Assembly: GCF_001598795.1 (NCBI RefSeq)
Contig: NZ_BCZP01000001.1
Span: forward strand, 360,001-392,000
DNA: 32,000 nt
Reading direction: 5' to 3'
Source of the DNA: Delftia acidovorans NBRC 14950
Lineage (GTDB): Bacteria; Pseudomonadota; Gammaproteobacteria; Burkholderiales; Burkholderiaceae_C
The notes below the pieces were generated by a model, which saw only the letters and a list, made by a program, of their open reading frames with translations, was not told the origin of the DNA and searched no databases. The position numbers and the translations under genes were made by a program. Numbering within the stretch: position 1 is the stretch's first letter; every line of letters begins with the position of its first letter. Positions 9,194 to 16,444 of the stretch are shown here, in pieces.

Positions 9194-12100
9194 TCAGTTC
9201 AATTGCCTCCAGTTGGGGCGCAGCATCAACTCCGGGATTTTTGACAGCTTATCTTCACGCCCACTATTGCCTTTCCTGACCTGAAGAGATTTGTTGCTGA
9301 ATCGAAGTTCCTTGGGGTCCGAGGTCATCCTGTTCACTGATTTGTCCTCGCCGTTGTATAGGCCATCTCCAGTCAGATCAAGAATCTGCGTTCTAGGTTT
9401 TGATCCCTGTTCGATAGTCAACAAAGTGCGAAATGGCTTTGCGGATTTAGGCGTTGGTTCACAGCTTTCTTCCGTACCTGTCGTGGCGCCTCCAGACGCA
9501 GGGACTTCACTCATGATTTCCAGAACGTTGCTGCCGTCATAGAATTCAATGGCATTGAGTACACGCTCGCCAGCTTCCGGAAGATCAAAATACCACCCTT
9601 TGACTGCGGTGCAATTTGATTTTCCTTGGCAATCATAGATGGCGCTGTTGTTGCTCACGGCCCAGAAATCACGGTTAGAGCTTGCGAGTTCCCCAGGCTT
9701 CTTGGCGCCCTCAATCGCCTGGCTCATCAATTGAGTCCGTGAAACTGTGGCAGGTCTCGGATCTGATGTTTCCAAAACAACCTTGCCTTTGCTTGTGGCA
9801 TCCTTGCTGATCGTATAGCGCGTATTGTCAATAATGGAATAAACAGTCTGTTTGGAGTCTGTGTCTGTACGATCTCCCTCAGTCAGGCTGCGTCCTGTTC
9901 CGAAAGCCACCATGAGGCCGCCGACCTGTCTGTTGGGCCTCAATACAGGAGGTGTCGTGATGGGCTGGCGGCTTGTGGCGCTGCCAGTTACTCCCGTGGA
10001 ATAGGTGGCAGTGAATAATGGGCTTCCGTCAAATGCAACATTCCAGTTGGAGGCATTGTTGCTGGAGATGTCAAATTTCCAGAGATTACCGCGCAAATCT
10101 CCTGCATAGACAATATCTGGAACACCATCGCTGTTGATGTCGAGAAACTGTGGGGTTGACAGCCCATTTTGATCAGCCTCTGCGTTTTTGGGTGTGGTCA
10201 CGGGTACTGCCGAAATTTTCTTGAGCTCCCTGTTTCCATCCAGATATTGAATGAGTAGAACAGGCCTCTCGTTCGTGCTGTTGTAACCGTTACCCATGAT
10301 TACCGCCCAGCGGCCATCATTGGTTTGTGTTATTTGCAAGGCTCTTTGTGGATTTGCCTCTTCAACGACAGGGGCACCAAAGATGTGGCCAATATCTGCA
10401 TCTGAGCCATCAGTCTTGTCCATGATGACCAGGCTGCTCGCATTGGCCTTGCTGAAGTCGGTGGCAATCACGCCATCTGTGGTGCCGGGCTTTGTGGTAT
10501 TGAGCACAAAATAACCTTTGCCGCCAGCGCCCAATGTTCCTACCAGATAGGTGGCCCAGTTCGGGGACTCCTTGGTTCCCAGATTGAGGTCACCTGTGAA
10601 AGGTGAGCCATCTACATAATATCTATGTGTGTAGCCGGTGTTGGAGAAATCTGGAAGATTTTTAATGACTCCCTGGGGAACGTATGCTATTTTCTCAGAG
10701 CCATCAATGGCAGAGAATCCATGAAGCATGCCATCATTTCCTCCTACATAAAGCATTGGGATGCGTTTACTGTGGGTGGCTATATAGCGGGTGTAGCTGG
10801 CAATATTATATGTGAGTGACGGAGGTCCAGCATACCAGATGGTGGAGTTGACAATATCGGCCTGGCGGGATTTTCTTTGACGAAATACTCCTCCAGTTTG
10901 ATTTTCCTCCTTGCTGCGATCCCCGCGGATATAGTTGACTCTGTCCTTGCCGCGGCCGTCGCTGGGCGTCAAGTTCAAGAGTGCCTGCTGTGCGGTGCTC
11001 AGCTGCGTGGTGGTTCCCCATTCAAAGGATATTCCCGTGCTTCCATTGTGTGACAGGATAAGCCTGGATGTGATGTCCGTAGCAGATAAGGCATCCAGCT
11101 TATCCGCTGTTGTCATGTGATTATTGGGGGCTGTCTTATTGGGATTGAGGCCCCAGGCTGGATTGGGTGTTGTCTTCCAGCTGATATTCTGTGAATCCTG
11201 TGGATCAACGACGGAGATTATTTTCTCGGATGCAACAAAGCCACTCCAACGATTCTTGTTGGAATTAAGGTCTTCTGCGGCGACATACCCCGATTGGAAA
11301 GACTCGGTGTTGTTGCGGCTGATGGAATTGGATGCGCTGGTAAATCCTGTCAGTGGGCTTGTATTGTCGGCAACGATGGAGCTGAAAATCTCATCAAATG
11401 CTTTTTCCAGATCGGCGCCAGTTTGCACAGGGAAGAACTTCCCTCTGCTGTTGATCGCCATATGCCATAGCTCTTCTGGACGCACATAGTCGGTGATGGC
11501 CTGGCCTTTGCGTGTTCCACTGGTATAGCTACCGTCATAATCGTCGTCGGTTGAATCGACCCATGTCTTGATGCCCAGTATCGCGTCAGTGAAACCATCT
11601 CCGTACATTCCATTGGTGAAAATAGGGTTTTTCCCTGTGCTATCCCAATTGCTTGCTCGTGCTCCGTAGCCAATGGTGTGGGTGACTAAGTGTTGCCAGG
11701 TTGCAGGGTCATTTTTAGGATTCCACTCTGGCTTTATGGTTACAGAGCTGTTCCCAGATTTGAAGGTTTCATCGGTCGATTTTTTGGGTTCAAAAGGTAT
11801 CTCATTCTTGATGTTGGGCTGCAAGTCTGTGGACCAATAGTGAAATGCCATATCGGCAAGCGTAGGATATGCGAAGTAATAATCTATCCTGTTGACTCTC
11901 TGTTTTTTTGTGCCGGAGCCGTAATTATCGCGATATATTTTTGTCTGATCACTCGTGATGTCGTAAGTCAAAGTGGGGCCGTATTTTGGCGCTTCTGGAG
12001 TGGGGAGTGATTTCGTCGTTCCATCGGAATTGCCTATGGCTTCTGCATGGGAGCTGACCATCTTGGTCTGGAAATCAAAAGAATTGAAGTTGGTTGATGG

Positions 12101-12694
12101 TAGATAGGTATTCCAGCCACCGTCTGTCATGAAAACGTGATACGCCCTGCGGCAAGAGATGGGCTTGGTGTCAGCAATGCCGGGAGTGGCATTCCAGGGG
12201 CTATCTGCGCCCGTGGTTTTCATATACTGGCCTGCGTTCCACATCATCGTATGAGAAGGAGTTCCGTCCTTTGCACTGATAGAGTCCACCCAGGCGGAGA
12301 AATTGTCCTTGTGGGCGCCTGAAAAGTTTGCCATGGCGTTGTTGCCGTCGCAACCTGACTGGTCGCTGGGGATATTGTTACACCGCCACATCGACTGCCA
12401 TGCCAGCCTAAACTGATTGTCATATTTGCTGGTCTTGACCAGTACATTCTTCAGGCCACTTTTTAGCGAAGTGATACGGGCTGGCTTGCTACTGCTTGCC
12501 GAGCCTCCGTCATCATTCCAGGCCATGCTGCCCGAGTCATCGACGGACAAGACTACATTGGGAATCGGCATCTTGTGTGCGGAACCAGCGGGATACTGGG
12601 CAAAAGGTATTTCTGCCGAAATTGCCTGTGTACCTGCGAATGCGGAGAGTACGGCGCAGGCCAGTGTGCGTTGCTGAAATGAAGGCTTTTTCAT
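9194..12694 (-). CDS. pilY1: PilY1 tip-associated adhesin, long form with N-terminal vWA domain (cluster 1)
   Basis: 1166 aa with a signal peptide. MIDAS-type DDSGS at 12527-12541. PilY1 C-terminal domain blocks [20 protein letters not shown] and GYFVLN. Calcium-loop-like DINSDGVPD at 10115-10141. ACGGAGAA SD precedes the ATG. Confidence 0.9.
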   Translation of the reverse strand: MKKPSFQQRTLACAVLSAFAGTQAISAEIPFAQYPAGSAHKMPIPNVVLSVDDSGSMAWNDDGGSASSSKPARITSLKSGLKNVLVKTSKYDNQFRLAWQSMWRCNNIPSDQSGCDGNNAMANFSGAHKDNFSAWVDSISAKDGTPSHTMMWNAGQYMKTTGADSPWNATPGIADTKPISCRRAYHVFMTDGGWNTYLPSTNFNSFDFQTKMVSSHAEAIGNSDGTTKSLPTPEAPKYGPTLTYDITSDQTKIYRDNYGSGTKKQRVNRIDYYFAYPTLADMAFHYWSTDLQPNIKNEIPFEPKKSTDETFKSGNSSVTIKPEWNPKNDPATWQHLVTHTIGYGARASNWDSTGKNPIFTNGMYGDGFTDAILGIKTWVDSTDDDYDGSYTSGTRKGQAITDYVRPEELWHMAINSRGKFFPVQTGADLEKAFDEIFSSIVADNTSPLTGFTSASNSISRNNTESFQSGYVAAEDLNSNKNRWSGFVASEKIISVVDPQDSQNISWKTTPNPAWGLNPNKTAPNNHMTTADKLDALSATDITSRLILSHNGSTGISFEWGTTTQLSTAQQALLNLTPSDGRGKDRVNYIRGDRSKEENQTGGVFRQRKSRQADIVNSTIWYAGPPSLTYNIASYTRYIATHSKRIPMLYVGGNDGMLHGFSAIDGSEKIAYVPQGVIKNLPDFSNTGYTHRYYVDGSPFTGDLNLGTKESPNWATYLVGTLGAGGKGYFVLNTTKPGTTDGVIATDFSKANASSLVIMDKTDGSDADIGHIFGAPVVEEANPQRALQITQTNDGRWAVIMGNGYNSTNERPVLLIQYLDGNRELKKISAVPVTTPKNAEADQNGLSTPQFLDINSDGVPDIVYAGDLRGNLWKFDISSNNASNWNVAFDGSPLFTATYSTGVTGSATSRQPITTPPVLRPNRQVGGLMVAFGTGRSLTEGDRTDTDSKQTVYSIIDNTRYTISKDATSKGKVVLETSDPRPATVSRTQLMSQAIEGAKKPGELASSNRDFWAVSNNSAIYDCQGKSNCTAVKGWYFDLPEAGERVLNAIEFYDGSNVLEIMSEVPASGGATTGTEESCEPTPKSAKPFRTLLTIEQGSKPRTQILDLTGDGLYNGEDKSVNRMTSDPKELRFSNKSLQVRKGNSGREDKLSKIPELMLRPNWRQLN

Positions 12695-12708
12695 GATTTT
12701 CTCCGTAT

Positions 12709-13476
12709 TTATTCGGCCAGGCTCAAAGACAGGGTGGATTGGAGGACCACCTCAGTACCGGGCTTGAGTCCCCGGGCGAGTGCCGTGATGCGATATACCC
12801 ATCTTTTTTTTCGGGAAGGTGCAAAAATTTCCACATTGGCTCCTGGTGGAACGCCTTTGAGAAGTGAAATATTAGGATCCACATAAGGCAGAACCTCTAC
12901 CCAGTACCATGCGCCACGACGATCCTTCAGAGCGCTTGGTGTGGCAGTTACGTTGAGTATGGGGTTTCCACCGGTTCCCGTTTTCGCTCCGGTGAACTGT
13001 CCGTATCGTGCACCTACGTTTTCTGCAGTCATTTCTGCAAGGCGCGTGGGGTCGTGCCAAAAATCCTGTGGGTCTGCGAATTTCTGACAAATTCCTTTAT
13101 GGCACTTAGAGTCGTAAGTGCCCAGCGTGTTGATGAGATTGGGTAGATCCTTTGTCTCAATGTCGAAATAGATGGTAGTCAATCTTCGGCACACATCGCC
13201 TTTATCTGCATCCGGCGTGCAGTAACTTCCGTTGGTGTTGACTCCGCGTATATCCATTTCAGCATCTTGCAGCATGGCCTGTGCGGCTTCGAAGGCGCGG
13301 CGATAGTCTGCATCATTGCCTACAATCATTTCGTTGAGCAGCGCCGTTCTCGATGCCCATAATGCCAAAAGCATTGAGAGTAGAACCAAAATGATAATCA
13401 CGTAAAGTGATATTCCGCGCTGTTTTTGTCGACGAGCCAAATGGTATGCTGTCTTGTAAATGCTTGGATTTTTCAT
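12709..13476 (-). CDS. pilX: Type IV pilus assembly protein PilX (cluster 1)
   Basis: N-terminal QRGISLYVIIILVLLSMLLALWASR hydrophobic segment typical of the PilX N-terminal domain. It sits between pilW and pilY1. Its ATG overlaps the pilW stop (ATGA). Confidence 0.8.
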   Translation of the reverse strand: MKNPSIYKTAYHLARRQKQRGISLYVIIILVLLSMLLALWASRTALLNEMIVGNDADYRRAFEAAQAMLQDAEMDIRGVNTNGSYCTPDADKGDVCRRLTTIYFDIETKDLPNLINTLGTYDSKCHKGICQKFADPQDFWHDPTRLAEMTAENVGARYGQFTGAKTGTGGNPILNVTATPSALKDRRGAWYWVEVLPYVDPNISLLKGVPPGANVEIFAPSRKKRWVYRITALARGLKPGTEVVLQSTLSLSLAE

Positions 13477-14369
13477 GATAGCGCTTGGCCTTGGCTACGG
13501 ATTTGAAAGGTATTCCTGAATACCATGCGCAAGCGGTTGCCACGCTTTACAGATGAGCCATCGCATTTTTTATAACTGGCTCCCGCTGTATCTATTGATT
13601 CGGATCCCTCCAGTTCCAGACAAACTTCGATGGCATACACATCACGCCATCCATTTGGCGAAGAGGATGCTGTGCTTGCACTGGCATAGTTGGTTTTAGG
13701 TAAACCTGTCTTTGTGCTATCCGGATCCTGTGTCAAATACTTGATTTTCATGTCCTTGACGTTGCGTATGATCGGTTTGGGTGTACCGCTGACCCCCGTA
13801 CAAATCAGTTCGTCATTGCTTGATAGCCTGAACTTGCTTTCTATGATGTATGCAGTTGCAGATCCACTATTTTCACCCAGGCAGTCGCGCAGTTGATTGC
13901 CTTCTGCGTTGGCTGTGGCAGGTGGAGTCGGGGTTAGTATCTCTTCATAGTTTTGATATCCGATGCTTAGGGCGTATTCGCTGCTGCTTGGACTATCTAT
14001 GCCAGCCAGCATGCTCGTGCGCCTATCGAACATTGGGCGCGTTCCTGCCGGGTCCGGTGGATCAAATGCAACCGGAGTCATGGGTCGGAGTGCTTCTGAA
14101 GAGCCAAAAGAGTCGAAGTTCAATTCCAGTTGAATGGTGCCCGCTTGGCGTATTTGCTGGCCCATGACCCGAAATGCGTAAGCGGCTTGTTGCTGCAGGT
14201 TGCTGGCGTCACTAACGGTTCCAGAAACACCACGAGATATCATCAGTGCACCGATGCCTACCGCGACTGTCAAAAGGCCGATGGTGATCCCGATCATCAA
14301 TTCGAGAAGGGTTGCTCCTTCCTGAATTTTCAAGGATTTAATTGTCGGATGATTTATATTTTTGGTCAT
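13473..14369 (-). CDS. pilW: Type IV pilus minor pilin PilW (cluster 1)
   Basis: Prepilin-like N-terminus ...IQEG|ATLLELMIGITIGLL. About 300 aa. Positioned between pilV and pilX. Start set at ATG 14369; the ORF extends to 14486 but that would give an implausibly long leader. Confidence 0.8.
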   Translation of the reverse strand: MTKNINHPTIKSLKIQEGATLLELMIGITIGLLTVAVGIGALMISRGVSGTVSDASNLQQQAAYAFRVMGQQIRQAGTIQLELNFDSFGSSEALRPMTPVAFDPPDPAGTRPMFDRRTSMLAGIDSPSSSEYALSIGYQNYEEILTPTPPATANAEGNQLRDCLGENSGSATAYIIESKFRLSSNDELICTGVSGTPKPIIRNVKDMKIKYLTQDPDSTKTGLPKTNYASASTASSSPNGWRDVYAIEVCLELEGSESIDTAGASYKKCDGSSVKRGNRLRMVFRNTFQIRSQGQALS

Positions 14370-14392
14370 CGCTGTCTCTCGAAGAGTGAACT

Positions 14393-15028
14393 TCAGCCGG
14401 GGCAATATAGTGGTGTTGTGCCGCTTGCTTTCCCTAAAAGAAATGGTGTGCAGCGCTGATTGGGTTGTATATATTGAATGTGGCATATCAAGCCGGTGGG
14501 GCAGCTGACTTTGGCAGATCCTGTATCTGCTGGAGTGAATGGCTCCGTGTATTTGTCATCATTACTGCCGTCTGACGCCTTGTGCTCTTTCTCATTGGCT
14601 TTCCAGCCAATCATGACTCCTAGTTGACGCCGGTTTTCTGTGGCACTATCCACAGCACTGACGAAAATGGCTGCATCTCCTTTGGGTAAGGTCGATTTTA
14701 CGGTTTCTTTCCACTGGGCAATATCATAGGCGCCCATTTCAGAGGGGGAGCATCCTTCTGGTTTGCAGCTACCTGTTGGAAAATCTTTCCAATCACTTTG
14801 GTAAGCATCAAGATTGCCCAGGCCATTGGGGTTGGCTTGAATTTTCTCGCTCAGATCTTCTATCAGTCGAATGGCTTGGGCACGGTTGAGGCTGGTTTGA
14901 GTATCTGCGAGATTTCGCAGCTGCAAGCCGAGAATTCCAAGAATACCCAACGACATCACGACAATGGCGACAAGAGATTCGATCAGGCTGATGCCAGATT
15001 GAATATTGGCCATACGTATTGTTTTCAT
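14393..15028 (-). CDS. pilV: Type IV pilus modification/minor pilin protein PilV (cluster 1)
   Basis: MKTIRMANIQSG|ISLIESLVAIVVMSLGILG plus the RAQAIRLIEDLSE block shared with the cluster-2 paralog. Start is uncertain: ATG 15028 or 15013, and the frame stays open upstream through the microsatellite. Confidence 0.8.
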   Translation of the reverse strand: MKTIRMANIQSGISLIESLVAIVVMSLGILGILGLQLRNLADTQTSLNRAQAIRLIEDLSEKIQANPNGLGNLDAYQSDWKDFPTGSCKPEGCSPSEMGAYDIAQWKETVKSTLPKGDAAIFVSAVDSATENRRQLGVMIGWKANEKEHKASDGSNDDKYTEPFTPADTGSAKVSCPTGLICHIQYIQPNQRCTPFLLGKASGTTPLYCPG

Positions 15029-15038
15029 GGTGGTTCTT

Positions 15039-15074
15039 GGTGCTGGTGCTGGTGCTGGTGCTGGTGCTGGTGCT
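15039..15074. repeat. Perfect hexanucleotide microsatellite (GGTGCT)6, read as AGCACC x6 on the gene strand
   Basis: Read directly: six uninterrupted GGTGCT units at 15039-15074, 10 nt upstream of the pilV-1 ATG, inside the 143-nt fimT-1/pilV-1 gap. Confidence 0.95.
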
Positions 15075-15171
15075 GCGTGGCAGATCTGCAAGCCATGATG
15101 GATATTCATGGAAAGCAAAGGAGGTAGCCCGATTTCGACAATGCGAGATTGAAAGAAGGATTTTTCGAGAT

Positions 15172-15759
15172 TCAGCATGTGCCATCCCCCGTATTCAATC
15201 GGCGGATCATTCCACCTGCTGCCACGCAAAGGGTTGCAGCGGCCGAGTTGGTGGCATTTGAGCCTTGGGGGAAGAGGCGGAAATTGAAACTGCTGCTTCC
15301 GGCGCTTGCAAGCTGGCCCCAACGGTCCACCGTGATATATCCGTTGCTGCTTGCGAGATTGATTTCCAGCTTGGTAGGGGCAGAAGATGTCTGAAGCGTC
15401 AGTTCACCTGAGTCCTGGGTGGCGTTGTTGTTGGCATCGATAAAGACGGTCCAGCCGCAACCCCACTGGGTGTTGGCGTCGGCCGCAGTGCAGCCATTGC
15501 CACTGGCGATCTTTTTGAGGACGATCTTTCCACCGCGCTTGATGGCTTCTGAGCGCGCGTAATAGAGGATGGACTGAAGGTCTTCGGCTGCTGCGCGTAC
15601 ACGCCATCGTTCGATGAGTGGCCGAAAGCTGGGTGCTGCCAACGCAGCCAGTATGGTGATGATGGCGATCACAACCATCAGTTCGATTGTGGTGAAGCCA
15701 CGTGCGACCAGCCTTTGTTGTTGGCTGGACAGGCTGGATGGGGGAGGGGCAGCGTACAT
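15172..15759 (-). CDS. GspH/FimT/FimU-family minor pilin (cluster 1)
   Basis: LVARG|FTTIELMVVIAIITILAALAAPSF, then the RWRVRAAAEDLQS..YARSEAIKRG block typical of the GspH/FimT family. First gene of the operon. Confidence 0.8.
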   Translation of the reverse strand: MYAAPPPSSLSSQQQRLVARGFTTIELMVVIAIITILAALAAPSFRPLIERWRVRAAAEDLQSILYYARSEAIKRGGKIVLKKIASGNGCTAADANTQWGCGWTVFIDANNNATQDSGELTLQTSSAPTKLEINLASSNGYITVDRWGQLASAGSSSFNFRLFPQGSNATNSAAATLCVAAGGMIRRLNTGDGTC

Positions 15760-15761
15760 TG

Positions 15762-15786
15762 GCGCATCCTAGATTTCTGGATGCGC
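15762..15786 (-). promoter_or_regulatory. 8-bp perfect-stem hairpin enclosing the fimT-1 Shine-Dalgarno region
   Basis: GCGCATCC (15762-15769), 9-nt loop, GGATGCGC (15779-15786). The gene strand reads GCGCATCCAGAAATCTAGGATGCGC-CA-ATG, so the AGGA lies inside the 3' arm. No U-tract follows. Confidence 0.35.
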
Positions 15787-16006
15787 GTTGGGAGTTCATT
15801 CCGGATGGATGGCTCAGGCAGCGGGATGAGTGGTGCGCTGTGTAAACCTCTGCTCAGTTCGTCAGGCAGTCGCTTGCCGATTGCTGATCGAGAGGGGGAA
15901 GGTGCGTACACCTACCAGGTAGACGCGCTCACTCGGATCTCCTTGGCTCCTTGTGTCGCGGATGCGCATTAACAGGTCAGGAAGCTGGCACTCTGAACTT
16001 GTAAGA

Positions 16007-16444
16007 CTACCGCCCCCAGCACTCCACCGCCGTGGTATTCACACCCAGGCCGCGCGCATCACGCTCGCCCGTATGGGTCAGTGTGAAATCGCCGCATCGG
16101 TCATTGAGCTGGGAGCCACGGCGCGTGGCGATCAGGGTGTAAGTGTCGTCGTCGTGGCCGCTGGTTGCCAAAAAGTCGATGGTGTAGCGCTTGCTGGAGT
16201 CGCGGGCCCAGGTCAGCTCGACGGGGAGCGTGGTGGGGTAGACCCCGTTGGCCGTGGCTGCGCGCTCCAGCCATTGCTGGGCCTGAAGCAGGCCGGCGCG
16301 GGCATCGGCGCGGTGCACTCCGCGAATGTATTCGTTGTAGCTGGGCACGGCGACGGTGCCGAGGATGACTATGACGGCCACGACGATCATGAGTTCTATG
16401 AGTGTGAAGCCCGGGGGAGGAGGGCGGCGCATTGTGCGGCTCAT
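16007..16444 (-). CDS. pilE: Type IV pilus minor pilin, PilE-like (cluster 2)
   Basis: MSRTMRRPPPPG|[17 protein letters not shown]-terminal NDRCGDF...AVECWGR parallels the cluster-1 PilE. Its ATG overlaps the pilY1-2 stop (ATGA). Confidence 0.85.
   Translation of the reverse strand: MSRTMRRPPPPGFTLIELMIVVAVIVILGTVAVPSYNEYIRGVHRADARAGLLQAQQWLERAATANGVYPTTLPVELTWARDSSKRYTIDFLATSGHDDDTYTLIATRRGSQLNDRCGDFTLTHTGERDARGLGVNTTAVECWGR

Noticed and set aside
15039-15074. Possibility that the tandem repeat is a CRISPR array
   Set aside because: The units are 6 nt and contiguous, with no spacers, and no cas genes are present. It is a microsatellite.
15019-15261. Plus-strand ORF encoding (Leu-Val)6 and minus-strand ORF 14808-15185 encoding (Ser-Thr)6
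   Set aside because: These are alternative-frame readings of the GGTGCT microsatellite. They have no start context and overlap pilV-1/fimT-1, so they are artefacts of the repeat.
15899-15922. Short overlapping palindromes (GGTG-CGTA-CACC, CTACCAGGTAG) as a pilE-2 terminator
   Set aside because: The stems are only 4-5 bp with no U-tract. They are mentioned only as possible protein-binding palindromes under the spacer finding.
15986-16002. Sigma-54-like TGGCAC...TTG element in the inter-operon spacer
   Set aside because: The GG/GC spacing does not fit TGGCAC-N5-TTGC, and the element is on the plus strand, pointing away from fimT-1.
8695-16006. Search for att-like direct repeats, IS inverted repeats, integrase or transposase genes flanking the AT-rich segment
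   Set aside because: None was found by eye. The tRNA-Leu at 27639 is far away and sits in a conserved housekeeping context. The segment is therefore not called a mobile element or genomic island with defined ends.
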